From the NCBI GenBank assembly GCA_965224025.1, contig OZ245033.1:2144001-2208000 (forward strand): DNA of 64,000 bases, given 5' to 3'. Below the pieces are notes generated by a model. It was not told the origin of the DNA and made no database searches. It worked only from the letters and a program-made list of their open reading frames with translations. Numbering within the stretch: position 1 is the first letter of the stretch; the number at the start of each line of letters is the position of its first letter. Origin of the DNA: Candidatus Multivorans sp. GTDB taxonomy: Bacteria; Acidobacteriota; Thermoanaerobaculia; Multivoradales; Multivoraceae. The translations under genes were made by a program, and so were the position numbers. Below are positions 29,621 to 39,300 of the stretch, one piece after another.

Positions 29621-31249
29621 ATGCCCGAGTCGAGCAGGGATCGGAAACGTCGCGGGAAGCAGAGCAAGGGCCTCTTCACCCGCTTCCTGAACGTAGTCGA
29701 GTTCCTCGGCAACCTGCTGCCGCACCCGGTGACCTTGTTCGCCGTGCTTTCCGTGGTCGTACTCCTGGTCTCGGGGGGCGCCGCGTTGTTCGACGTGCAG
29801 GTCGTCGACCCGCGGCCCGCCGGCGCGTCCGGCCGCGCGGAGGACGGCATGATCCGCGCCGTCAGCCTGCTCAATCCGGAGGGGATGCGGCGCATCGCGA
29901 TGAACCTGGTGACGAACTTCACCGGCTTCGCGCCCCTGGGGACGGTCCTGGTCGCTCTGCTGGGTGTCGGCGTCGCGGAACGGTCGGGTTTGTTGAGCGC
30001 TCTGCTTCGAGCGTTGGTTCTCGGGGCGCCGCGCAACCTGCTGACCGCGGTCGTGGTGTTTGCCTCGGTGGTCTCGAACACCGCTTCCGAGATGGGGTAC
30101 GTGGTCCTGATTCCGCTGGCGGCGGTCGTGTTCCGCGCCGTCGGCCGTAATCCGCTGGTCGGTCTGGCGGCCGCGTTTGCCGGCGTTTCGGGGGGCTACT
30201 CCGCGAACATTCTGATCGGCACCGTGGACCCGCTGCTGGCCGGGATCACGACGGAAGCCGCGCGTCTGATCGATCCCTCCTACGCGCCGGGGGGCGCGAA
30301 CGAGGTCCAAGCGACCGCGAACTACCTGTTCATGTTCGTGAGCACCTTCATGATCACGACGATCGGCACCCTGGTGACGACGAAGATCGTCGAGCCCAAG
30401 CTCGGCGTGTTCGATCCGAACCGGGCGGCGGACGACCTGGAGGATCCGGAAGAGGGTCTGAAGACGCTGTCGAAGGAAGAGAAGCGCGGGCTGAAGCTGG
30501 CCGGCGTCACGCTGGTCGCGATGCTGGGCGGGCTGGCGCTGCTCGCTCTCCCGGAGAACGGGTGGTTCCGCGACCCGGCGGTGAACGCGCTCCTGATCGA
30601 CGATCTGCGGCCCATGCTGCGCAGCGTCGTGTCGCTGATCTTCGTCTTCTTCATCGTTCCGTCGATCGTCTACGGCCGGGCCACGGGATCGCTGCGCAAC
30701 GACCGCGACGTGATCGACGGCATGGGCCGGTCCATGAGTTCGCTGGGCCCCTACCTGGTGCTCGTCTTTTTCGCCGCCCAGTTCGTCTCGTTCTTCAACT
30801 GGACCAACCTGGGCACGATCACGGCGGTCGTCGGCGCCGATCTGCTGACCCGCTTCGACCTCACCGGGCCGATCGTCTTCGTGCCCTTCATCCTCATGTG
30901 CTGCTTCGTCAACCTGATGCTCGGCAGCGCGTCCGCCCAGTGGGCGGTGACGGCGCCGATCTTCGTGCCGATGCTGATGACCGTGGGCTACAGCCCGGAA
31001 GTGATCCAGGCCGCGTACCGGATCGGCGACTCGACGACGAACATCATCACGCCGATGATGAGCTACTTCGGCCTGATTCTCGCGGTGGCGATGCGCTACG
31101 ACCGGAATTTGGGGATCGGCACCCTGATCGCGACGATGATCCCGTACTCGATCACCTACCTGATCGGTTGGGTGTCGCTCTTCTACATCTGGGTGTTCGC
31201 GCTGGGCCTGCCGGTCGGTCCCGGGTCGCCGACCTACTACTCTCCGTGA
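29621..31249 (+). CDS. AbgT family transporter
   Basis: VEFLGNLLPHPVTLF, NFTGFAPLG, GVSGGYSAN, AAYRIGDSTTNIITPMMSY. Confidence 0.93.
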   Translation: MPESSRDRKRRGKQSKGLFTRFLNVVEFLGNLLPHPVTLFAVLSVVVLLVSGGAALFDVQVVDPRPAGASGRAEDGMIRAVSLLNPEGMRRIAMNLVTNFTGFAPLGTVLVALLGVGVAERSGLLSALLRALVLGAPRNLLTAVVVFASVVSNTASEMGYVVLIPLAAVVFRAVGRNPLVGLAAAFAGVSGGYSANILIGTVDPLLAGITTEAARLIDPSYAPGGANEVQATANYLFMFVSTFMITTIGTLVTTKIVEPKLGVFDPNRAADDLEDPEEGLKTLSKEEKRGLKLAGVTLVAMLGGLALLALPENGWFRDPAVNALLIDDLRPMLRSVVSLIFVFFIVPSIVYGRATGSLRNDRDVIDGMGRSMSSLGPYLVLVFFAAQFVSFFNWTNLGTITAVVGADLLTRFDLTGPIVFVPFILMCCFVNLMLGSASAQWAVTAPIFVPMLMTVGYSPEVIQAAYRIGDSTTNIITPMMSYFGLILAVAMRYDRNLGIGTLIATMIPYSITYLIGWVSLFYIWVFALGLPVGPGSPTYYSP

Positions 31250-31333
31250 CGGTGGACGGCGTGTCAAAAGTCCCTGCTAGACTCGTCCGCGAGCCCTGAG
31301 AGAGAGAGCCTGCGCGGAGGAGGGGAGATCGCC

Positions 31334-31540
31334 ATGGCTAGGCCCGGACCAACTACATTCGCCAAGCGCCAGCGGGAAATCCGCAAACGTCAGAGGCGCC
31401 AGGAGAAGCTGGAGCGCCGAGCTCAGCGCAAGATAGAGAAGGAACAGGCGGCCGATGAGGCGCCCGTCGACCTTTCGGGGGAGGATCCCGATATCGCCGG
31501 CATCGTGCCCGGCCCGCAGCCGCTGCCGGATTGGGACTGA
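31334..31540 (+). CDS. Small protein, basic N-terminus and acidic tail
   Basis: RBS ggaggagggg; TFAKRQRE..KRQRRQEK...EDPDIAGIVPGPQP. Confidence 0.7.
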   Translation: MARPGPTTFAKRQREIRKRQRRQEKLERRAQRKIEKEQAADEAPVDLSGEDPDIAGIVPGPQPLPDWD

Positions 31541-31564
31541 GTCGCGGGTCGTCCTGCCGGCCGC

Positions 31565-31638
31565 AACCCGGGTGGCGCAATCTTGCGCCACCCGTGAACC
31601 ACTCCGTGCGCCCGTCACCGGGCGCACGGATGGCACGC
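31565..31638 (+). repeat. Second copy of the double-hairpin element
   Basis: aacccgggtggcgcaatcttgcgccacccgtgaaccactccgtgcgcccgtcaccgggcgcacggatggcacgc, near-identical to 16439-16511. Confidence 0.75.
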
Positions 31639-31693
31639 CAAAGTGCTTTCCAATCCTGAACTGGAGATTGGAACGGACTAGAGTCAAGCGGCT

Positions 31694-32593
31694 ATGAGTA
31701 GTAGCCGTCTCCGGCGCGCGGTCCACTTCGTCCCTGGTGGCAACGAGCGGATGCTCGCCAAATCCCTGGGCCTCGAGGCGGACACGCTGATCCTGGACCT
31801 CGAGGACGCGGTGACGCCGGACCGCAAGGAGGACGTGCGCCGCGAGGTTGCCGGGTGGCTCAGGGCAACCGACTTCGGCGGCAAGGAACGCGCGGTACGG
31901 GTCAACGACCTGATGACGCCGTGGGGCCGCGAGGACTACGAGGTCACGATGGAGCATCCGCCGAACGCGTACGTCGTGCCCAAGGTCAGCGGAGTCGACG
32001 ATGTGCTGCGGGTGGATCGACTGGTGGCGCAACTGGAGTTGGCCCACGGCCACGACCTGGGCGGCATCGCCCTCATCCTGATCGCGACCGAGACCGCCGG
32101 CGGCGCGCTGAACCTCGCCCACCTGACCGCGACCACTCGGGTGTCGGCGCTGACCTGGGGCGCGGAGGATCTGTCGGTATCGATCGGCGCCAGTCGTCGC
32201 CGGGACGAGCGCGGCGAGTACCTCGACGTGTTCCGCTACTGCCGGTCGATGACCCTGCTCGCGGCGCGAGCCGGCGGCGCCCAGCCGATCGACAGCGTCT
32301 TCGTCGACATCGGCGACCTGGACGGTTTGCGCCAGGACTGCCAGCGCGCGGCGTGGATGGGCTTCGAAGGCAAGATGACGATCCACCCGAACCAGATCCC
32401 GATCGTCAACGAGGTCTTCACGCCGAGCGAGGCGGAGATCGCTGCCGCCGCCGCTCTGGTTGCCGCGTTCGCCCAGAACCAGGCCCAGGGCCGGATGGCG
32501 TTCCGCCACGAGGGCCAGATGGTCGACGCTCCGCACCTGCACCGGGCGGAGCGGGTGCTCGACCGCGCCCGCCAGGCCGGTGCGATCAGCTAG
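31694..32593 (+). CDS. CitE-like CoA-ester lyase (citryl-/malyl-CoA lyase family)
   Basis: FVPG, ILDLEDAV, VRVN, GAEDL, GFEGKMTIHPNQI, GQMVDAP. Confidence 0.92.
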   Translation: MSSSRLRRAVHFVPGGNERMLAKSLGLEADTLILDLEDAVTPDRKEDVRREVAGWLRATDFGGKERAVRVNDLMTPWGREDYEVTMEHPPNAYVVPKVSGVDDVLRVDRLVAQLELAHGHDLGGIALILIATETAGGALNLAHLTATTRVSALTWGAEDLSVSIGASRRRDERGEYLDVFRYCRSMTLLAARAGGAQPIDSVFVDIGDLDGLRQDCQRAAWMGFEGKMTIHPNQIPIVNEVFTPSEAEIAAAAALVAAFAQNQAQGRMAFRHEGQMVDAPHLHRAERVLDRARQAGAIS

Positions 32594-32607
32594 CCGGCAC
32601 TACTGAG

Positions 32608-34932
32608 GTGAAGTGGCGGGCATTCGCGGTGGTGTTGCCAGTCGCTGGCTTCCTGATCGTGGCATGTGGCCCGACTCCGGAACCGGTCGAGGTACTCGAT
32701 CTCGTATCGGAGTTCCGCTACGCCGAAGTCGATTGGGAGCGTCCGCTGATCGACTTGGGAACTCCCTCAGCGGCCGCTTCCCTGGTCGGCGGTTGGTCCT
32801 GGAACGAAACCGATCCGCGAGGGGACACCTTCGTTTGGGCCGTCGGGCCGCGTTCCGAGGTCGGAGTGTTTCTGGCCTGGACACGGGATCTGGAGGTGCG
32901 TATGCGGTGCCGCGCGTTCAGCTATCCGGGCGCGCCGCCGCAGGTCCTCGGCGTTTTCTGGGACGACGTGGAGATCGCGTCCCTGGAGCTCGAGGCCGGC
33001 TTCATGGAGCACAGCTTCGTCGTGCCGGCGGACCGGGCGACTCCCGGCAGTCACCGGCTTTCCTTCGTGCCGGCGTACTTCGGGCGGCCGGAAGGGACGA
33101 GAGAAGCGGGCCAGGCGCCGAAGCACCCCAGAAGACTCTCCTTCGCGTGCGACTGGATTGCTCTGGGAGACGGGCCCGATTCCGGTCAGGCGCGCGGGGA
33201 GTGCGAAACGCTCTGGATCCCGGCGGCCAGTGAGGTTTCCTTCTTCCTGGAACCTGAGCAGGACCTCGAGTTGCGGTGGGAAGGCATTGCGCCCAGGGGT
33301 GTCGGCAGCGTGGATGTGGTGTGGGAGGTCGAGGGCACCGCGCCAGTAGCCGGTTCCATCGCCCAGGAGTCCGATCCGCCTCTGCGCCTACCCTTGCCGC
33401 TCCTGGGAGAACAGGCGGCGAGCGCGGCCGCCGACGGTTGGCTCGCCTCCGTTCGACCGGCGCGGCTGACGCTGCGCGCGGCTGGGGGCGCGGCCGCTTC
33501 CGGTGGGGAGGAGGCGGGGGTTGTCCTGCGTCGGCCGCGGCTGACCGCGGACGAGCGCGGGTTGTCGCTGCCGGATGGGGCTGCGGAGCAGCGTTCATTC
33601 AACGCCCCGGTGGCCTCAGAGCCGGCTTCTCTTGTTGGCGAACGCCGGCGCGAGTCCATCCTGCTTTGGATCGTCGACACACTGCGAGTCGACCGGCTCG
33701 GCTTCCATGGCCACGAAGGAACGGTGTCGCCGAATTTCGACGCCCTGGCGGAGCGTTCCACAGTGTTCGAACGGGCGATCGCGCAATCCTCGTGGACCCG
33801 GCCGACCGTCGCCACCCTGCTCACGGGCGTGGGGCCGGAACGCCACGGCATCCGGGAGCTGAGCCATGGCATGGAGGAGTCCTTCGCCACCCTGCCGGAG
33901 CGGTTGCGGGAACTCGGCTACGCCACCGCGGGCTTCTCGGCGAACGCGAACGTGACCGCCGATACCGGGTTCGCGCAGGGGTTCGACCGCTTCGAGTACG
34001 CCGCGGTCGATGCCGACGAGCTCGCCCGCCAGGCACTTGCCTGGCTGGACGAACTGACCGTCCGCTCGCCCGAGCAACCGTTCTTTCTGATGATCCTGAG
34101 CGTCGAACCGCACGCCTCCTTCGCACCGGCGGAGCCGTTCCGCAGCCGGTTCGCGGCGGCAGTCGACGATCCCGAGCTGGGCTCGGTGGACCACATGAGA
34201 GCACTGAGCAGCAAGAAGGCGCCTTCGTCACCAGAGGTGGTGGAGAAGCTGTTCCTTCTCTACGACGCGGAGATCGCCTGGAACGATCACGTCTTCGGCG
34301 AGCTCCAACACGAACGGGACCGGCGGGGCCGAGATCCCCTCATCGCCGTCGTTGCCGACCACGGCGAGGCGTTCGAGGAGCGCGGCGTTTTCGGCCACGC
34401 GTGGGACCTTCACCGCGAAGTGCTGGACATCCCCTTCCTGATCCACTTGCCGGGGCAGACAGAAGGTCGCCGTGTAGTGCTGCCCGTCCAGCAGGCGGAC
34501 CTCCTGCCGACTCTGATCGAGATCGCGGGCGGTGACCCCGGGCCGGGCATCGAGGGTGACAGTCTGGCGCGCCTGCTTGACGGCGGGGCCGAAGACGTCG
34601 GCCTCCCGGCCAGGCAAGTGCTCGCCGACCGCCTGCTGCTCTCGACCATGGACACGTTCCGGCGTCCCGCGGCTTCCCTCGTCCGCGGCCGCTACAAGCT
34701 GATCGAGCGGCGCCGGCCCGGACACGCGCCGGCCCGGCAACTGTTCGACCGGGTGGACGACCCCGAAGAGCGTCGCGACCTGGCCGCCGAGCGGCCGATA
34801 CTGGCGGGCCGCCTGGCCCGGCTGCTGCGGGAACAGGTGGAGCTTTCGCGGCTCGACGCGGTGCCGGCGCCGGAAGTCGAGGTGGACGAGGAAACCCGCC
34901 GCCGACTCCGGGCCCTCGGCTACATCGAGTAG
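32608..34932 (+). CDS. Sulfatase-like lipoprotein (alkaline phosphatase superfamily)
   Basis: Lipobox LIVAC; VDTLRVD, SSWTRPT..LLTG, ADHGEAF, LFDRVDDPEE, LRALGYIE. Confidence 0.85.
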   Translation: MKWRAFAVVLPVAGFLIVACGPTPEPVEVLDLVSEFRYAEVDWERPLIDLGTPSAAASLVGGWSWNETDPRGDTFVWAVGPRSEVGVFLAWTRDLEVRMRCRAFSYPGAPPQVLGVFWDDVEIASLELEAGFMEHSFVVPADRATPGSHRLSFVPAYFGRPEGTREAGQAPKHPRRLSFACDWIALGDGPDSGQARGECETLWIPAASEVSFFLEPEQDLELRWEGIAPRGVGSVDVVWEVEGTAPVAGSIAQESDPPLRLPLPLLGEQAASAAADGWLASVRPARLTLRAAGGAAASGGEEAGVVLRRPRLTADERGLSLPDGAAEQRSFNAPVASEPASLVGERRRESILLWIVDTLRVDRLGFHGHEGTVSPNFDALAERSTVFERAIAQSSWTRPTVATLLTGVGPERHGIRELSHGMEESFATLPERLRELGYATAGFSANANVTADTGFAQGFDRFEYAAVDADELARQALAWLDELTVRSPEQPFFLMILSVEPHASFAPAEPFRSRFAAAVDDPELGSVDHMRALSSKKAPSSPEVVEKLFLLYDAEIAWNDHVFGELQHERDRRGRDPLIAVVADHGEAFEERGVFGHAWDLHREVLDIPFLIHLPGQTEGRRVVLPVQQADLLPTLIEIAGGDPGPGIEGDSLARLLDGGAEDVGLPARQVLADRLLLSTMDTFRRPAASLVRGRYKLIERRRPGHAPARQLFDRVDDPEERRDLAAERPILAGRLARLLREQVELSRLDAVPAPEVEVDEETRRRLRALGYIE

Positions 34933-35457
34933 GTGTCGGTCAACCGAACCACACGCGGGCATTCGCTGCCGGAATCCGTCCATGTCGGTATGCGGGGCGA
35001 CGGGAGCGCCCGCAACGACCCACGGAGTTCCCGACGATGTCTCAGCCGATACAGTCGTTCCCATGAACGACGCGCGGCCGCATCCCGACTGGAACGCGCT
35101 GGACTCGAGCCGGCGATGGCGGCGGCGGTGATCGGGGAGATCCACGAGGGCGAGTCCCGGTTGGCGACGGCGGACCAGGTCGCGAAGATCGAGATTGCCC
35201 TTGCCCGCCTTCAAGGCGACCTTCGGGCGGTGGAGAGCGGTCTGCGCGAGGTCGAGGCTCGCCTGGGCGGCCGGATCGACGTACTGGCCGCTGAGATGGA
35301 ATCGACGAGGACCAGCTTCGACGCCCGGTTCGAAGCGTTCGACAGGCGTATGGACGAGGGCTTCGGCGCGCTGAGGCGGGAGAACCGTCTGCTGTTCCTG
35401 TTCTTCTCCACGATGCTGGGGCTGCTGATGGTTCTCTTCCGTTTCGGCGTTCTCTGA
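34933..35457 (+). CDS. Coiled-coil protein with a C-terminal membrane anchor (DUF1640/CCDC90-like)
   Basis: AASRLERAGL...LAT..., heptads, C-terminal TM; the real start is probably downstream of 34933. Confidence 0.6.
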   Translation: MSVNRTTRGHSLPESVHVGMRGDGSARNDPRSSRRCLSRYSRSHERRAAASRLERAGLEPAMAAAVIGEIHEGESRLATADQVAKIEIALARLQGDLRAVESGLREVEARLGGRIDVLAAEMESTRTSFDARFEAFDRRMDEGFGALRRENRLLFLFFSTMLGLLMVLFRFGVL

Positions 35458-35810
35458 GAGTTGCCCCCCTGAGCAGCGGCGCGGATGTCCCGCGGTGCGA
35501 GACGCGCGAGGGCACGGACGCCGGCCGGCGGCTCACTCCCTCGTCCGCTCGATCAAGCGCCCGGTAGCGGTAGCGGACCAGCGTCGCGCTCACGAACCGC
35601 TACGCTGACTCTTGGCGCCATGCGCCGAGCATAGTGGAGAGGACTCGCGATCCAGCGGCGCCGCGCTGTCCACGCCCTCGCCGCCGGACAGGAAGGCCCG
35701 GTACCTCATCCTGCGTCCCCCATCGTCACGACCATGCCCCGGTCTAGCCCGACACAGACGACTCACGATCATCTCTCATTGGATAGACGACTACCGCTCA
35801 CAATCACTTC

Positions 35811-35882
35811 CTACTGGACAGTTATTGGGACAGCTATTGGACAGCTCTCGGCCTTGACAGACCGGTAAGCCGAAGCTAACGT
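35811..35882 (+). promoter_or_regulatory. Sigma70-type promoter with three upstream TGGACAG-like direct repeats
   Basis: TTGACA (35854-35859), 17-nt spacer, TAACGT (35877-35882); repeats at 35811, 35822 and 35834. Confidence 0.6.
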
Positions 35883-35891
35883 GTTTCTGTT

Positions 35892-35935
35892 CCCGCAACC
35901 AGGGGTTCCCCGCAACCAGGGGTTCCCCGCAACCA
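35892..35935 (+). repeat. 17-bp tandem repeat (about 2.6 copies) in the 5' UTR
   Basis: cccgcaaccaggggttc x2 plus cccgcaacca, running into the RBS aggagga. Confidence 0.85.
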
Positions 35936-35948
35936 AGGAGGAATCCTG

Positions 35949-36290
35949 ATGAGTAACAAGATCATACTTGGTGTGTTGTTGCTGGTCTTGTTCGGATCCG
36001 TCGGTTGCGACAGCAACCAGTGCGCCTTGGGCGTGAGGGGTGCTATGCAATGCTCAGGCTACACGTCCAGCGGCGACTTCTACTATCTGGAGTACAACGA
36101 GGACGAAGGCTGGTTTTACGGCTCCCTTTGGTGTGGTGGCCCGCCCGAACCCGGAAGAGGCCCAGACTTTACGTGTGGGGGAGACCGAGGGGCGCAAGGC
36201 CAAGGTGACGACCTCGTCTGTGTCAGTCATGGGCCCTCACCTGGGGTGCCTGGCTATGAAATTCCGCAGGATCGGGTGTCCTGCTCATAG
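35949..36290 (+). CDS. Small Cys-rich lipoprotein
   Basis: Strong RBS, lipobox SVGC, six further Cys. Confidence 0.7.
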   Translation: MSNKIILGVLLLVLFGSVGCDSNQCALGVRGAMQCSGYTSSGDFYYLEYNEDEGWFYGSLWCGGPPEPGRGPDFTCGGDRGAQGQGDDLVCVSHGPSPGVPGYEIPQDRVSCS

Positions 36291-36301
36291 GCGACGTTTC
36301 C

Positions 36302-39300
36302 GTGGCCGTGCTCGGTTGTGGGCGCCGTGAGTGGCCGGGACGAGTGCGTTCGAACAGTTTCGGGCTCCTTGTCGGGCTGTTCTTCGTAGTCGTACTTGTT
36401 CCAGGCGTGCTCAAGTCTCGGCAAGCTGGCCCCGAGTTCTCGTTGAGACTTGGGAGTCCAGGGAATGAGGTGTCCGGGGCGGGATTCGCACGTATACATC
36501 TCTATCCAGTCTGCGGGTCGTTCGAATGCGGAACGAACTGGCTCGAAGGAATACCGAGGCCGCAACCGAGGTGGAGCGCTGGCCTGGCTGGTGCCGGGCG
36601 ATTCCGACCATTCGGCGACGAGAGTGAAGCAGCCCTCGAAGCCTCACAGAAGGACTGGTGGGTGGTGGTCGAGGCCGGGTCGCTGCCAGTCGCTTGGTTG
36701 TGGCGGCCGGGCACGGGTGCCGGCGATCTCCCACCGGTGTCTCGGATGGCCGGGCGAAGCTGCACTGTGACGGTCCTCTCTCAAGAGGATGGGGTACCGA
36801 TACCCGGCGCCATCGTCGCGCCCTTGCACAGGCGGCGCGATGTCGGTGAGGAGTTCTACTCGGCGACCGGCACTTGGCGTGGGTGGCTGGAACCTGCCGT
36901 CAGTTCACAAAGCGGCCGTGCCGTGCTTCAGGTTCCTGCCGAAGGCACGACGGCAGTTCGCGCCGGTGCGAAGGGGTTTCGTTCGGGCGAGGCACTCTGT
37001 GGACAGGCAGAAGCGTCTGGCGGCTCAGTCGCCACGGTGCGCCTGCGCCGCAGGGACGCAACGCGCGAGTTTCGGCTCACCGGGCGGAACGGGGGTCTTC
37101 TCGCGGATGCTCTCGTCAGAGACGAGTTCGGTTGGCCGGTAGCGCTTGGCGACGTGGCTGGAAACGTGCTTCTGAGTGGTAACAGTTCCGGTTGGTGGGT
37201 CGAGACGAAGAGTGGCGAGATCTACTTCGGCCACCCGCCCGAGGAGGCGGCTTCGGGCACGATCCGTTTGCAGCCCGTTTCGGAGCGTGTAGAAGGAACG
37301 GTCGTGTTTCACGCCGGACGGAACCTGCGGCCTGAACGACCCCCGGAGCCGACCAGGATCCCATCGGTGGAATTCTGGCTCGATCCCCCCGAGAGGGAAT
37401 GGTCGGCTCTTCACGTCAACTTGGCCGCCTTGCGCCGGCGAGCTTCGGACGGGGAATTCGATCTCGACACGCTGCGCGACGACAGGGTCTGGTTCACGGC
37501 GGCGGGCCGTGGGTACGAGCGGTGTTCGAACAGCGACCTTGCTGCGCGCAACTGCCCGGAGATGAAGCCGGCACTGCCGATAAACGGCCGTGTCGTCGAT
37601 GACCGGGGTCGGGCGCTGGCAAGCGTCGAAGTCGAACTCGCACGAAGGAGGTCTCGGCGGAACGGTCCGCCGCTGCGCCAGTTCCTGCGCACTCGCGCGG
37701 ACGGCCGTTTCGTGAGCGACCGCCTGCCGGCCCCGGAGGGCCTTCTTGACTACATCAAGGTCGCCATCAGGCACCCTGGCTTCCTGCCCCTCGAGTCGGG
37801 AATCTCCAAGTACCGCACGGAACAGGACGAGTACATCATCGAGCTGCAACGGGGCGTGATCGTGACGGGGAGCGTCTTCGACCGCCAGACCGGTCAAGCG
37901 GTTGCAGGTGCGGAGGTCGCCCTAGGACGGTTCAGCGTGCAGGGTACGGTGATGAGCTTGAACGCGCTTTCTGCTCTGCGCCTGGGGAGGAACTACACGG
38001 GGCGCACCGACGGTGAAGGGAGGTTCGCCGTTCGTTCGCCGCCGGGACGGCATGACCTGGCTGTCCGCACGCCCGAATATGCCTTTCGGCTTGTACGCGG
38101 CGTCGATGTGGCGGCGGTCGAGACGCTCGATCTGGGCTCGGTTCTTCTTGAACCGGGTCTTGTTCTCAGGGGCCGGGTCGTCGACGACACGTCGAGGCCA
38201 ATCGCTGGCGCGTACGTCGGTGCCATCGCTCAGCGGACGCCGGATGCTCTTGGCCGCAATCCGATGGTCGACTACGGCGACGCGATTCAGTTGACTACGG
38301 ACAGCGAGGGTCTCTTCAGCGTCCCGGGACTGCCTCCCTACGTCCGGCTCGACGTCACGGTAGCCGCGGCTGGCTTTGCTGCCCGAACGCTCCGCGGTTT
38401 GACGCCCGGCGCGGAGCCGGTCGAAGTCCAGCTCGGCCCCGGCGCCGTTCTGACGGGGAGATTGACCCGCGGCGGCGAACCCGTCGGCGGTTCCTTCGAA
38501 CTGTTCGGAACGGCCAGTCGCGGATTCAGGGATCCCTTGACTCGCGACCCGGGCTATGTGACTTCCGGGCCCATCGCGAGCGACGGGGCTTTCGAGGTCG
38601 CGCACTTGGCGGCAGGGCGCTATCGGCTGCTTGTGCGATCCGTGGACGGCCGGGAGAAACGAGCGATTGTAGAGCTGGATGCGGGCGACGAACGCCGCCT
38701 TGAGCTGGATCTCGACTCGCGTTCCGGGAGAGTCGTAGGCCGTGTGGTGGATCGCCGGATTGGTTTGCCCGGCGCAACGGTCCGCTTGAACCGGACGCTG
38801 GCGACCGTGACCGACGCGACGGGTCACTTTGTCTTCGACGACGTGTCCGCTGGGACGGCCGTCCTGGAAGCCGACCTCGGAAACGGTGAGGCGGTACGGA
38901 CCAGGACGGTGCGTGTTCGAGGCGGGGAAACCCGCGTGACCCTCGATTTTTGCCGTTACGAGATCAGCGGCCGGGCGCTTCTTCCGAGAAGGGCTCGCGG
39001 CGCTGGCGACCTGCGCTTGATGTTCTGGTCCTCAGATTCACCGGGAGCCGAGAGTACAACCGCAACGCCGAACGCCGGAGGGTACTTTGGCGTGCGGTTG
39101 AGGAGCGGCGAGTACGATGTCGGCGGCAGGTTCAACGGTCGTCGCGTCTTTGCTCCGAAGAAACTCCGGGTCAGCGGAGACGCGGCGGATGTCAACCTTC
39201 GTCTTCGCTTCGTCCCGTCCGGGCGGATAGTCGGTCGAGTCCACGGCCTTGCAGAGGACGAGTTGGCGACGCTTCGCGTCGAGGCCGTGAACCATGCGCT

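Noticed and set aside
35460-35780. Possible type II secretion GspF/PilC-like relic (VRYRYRALD) on the minus strand
   Set aside because: The match is only a few residues long, too short to support.
35892-35935. 17-bp repeats as a mini-CRISPR
   Set aside because: The units are directly adjacent with no spacers.
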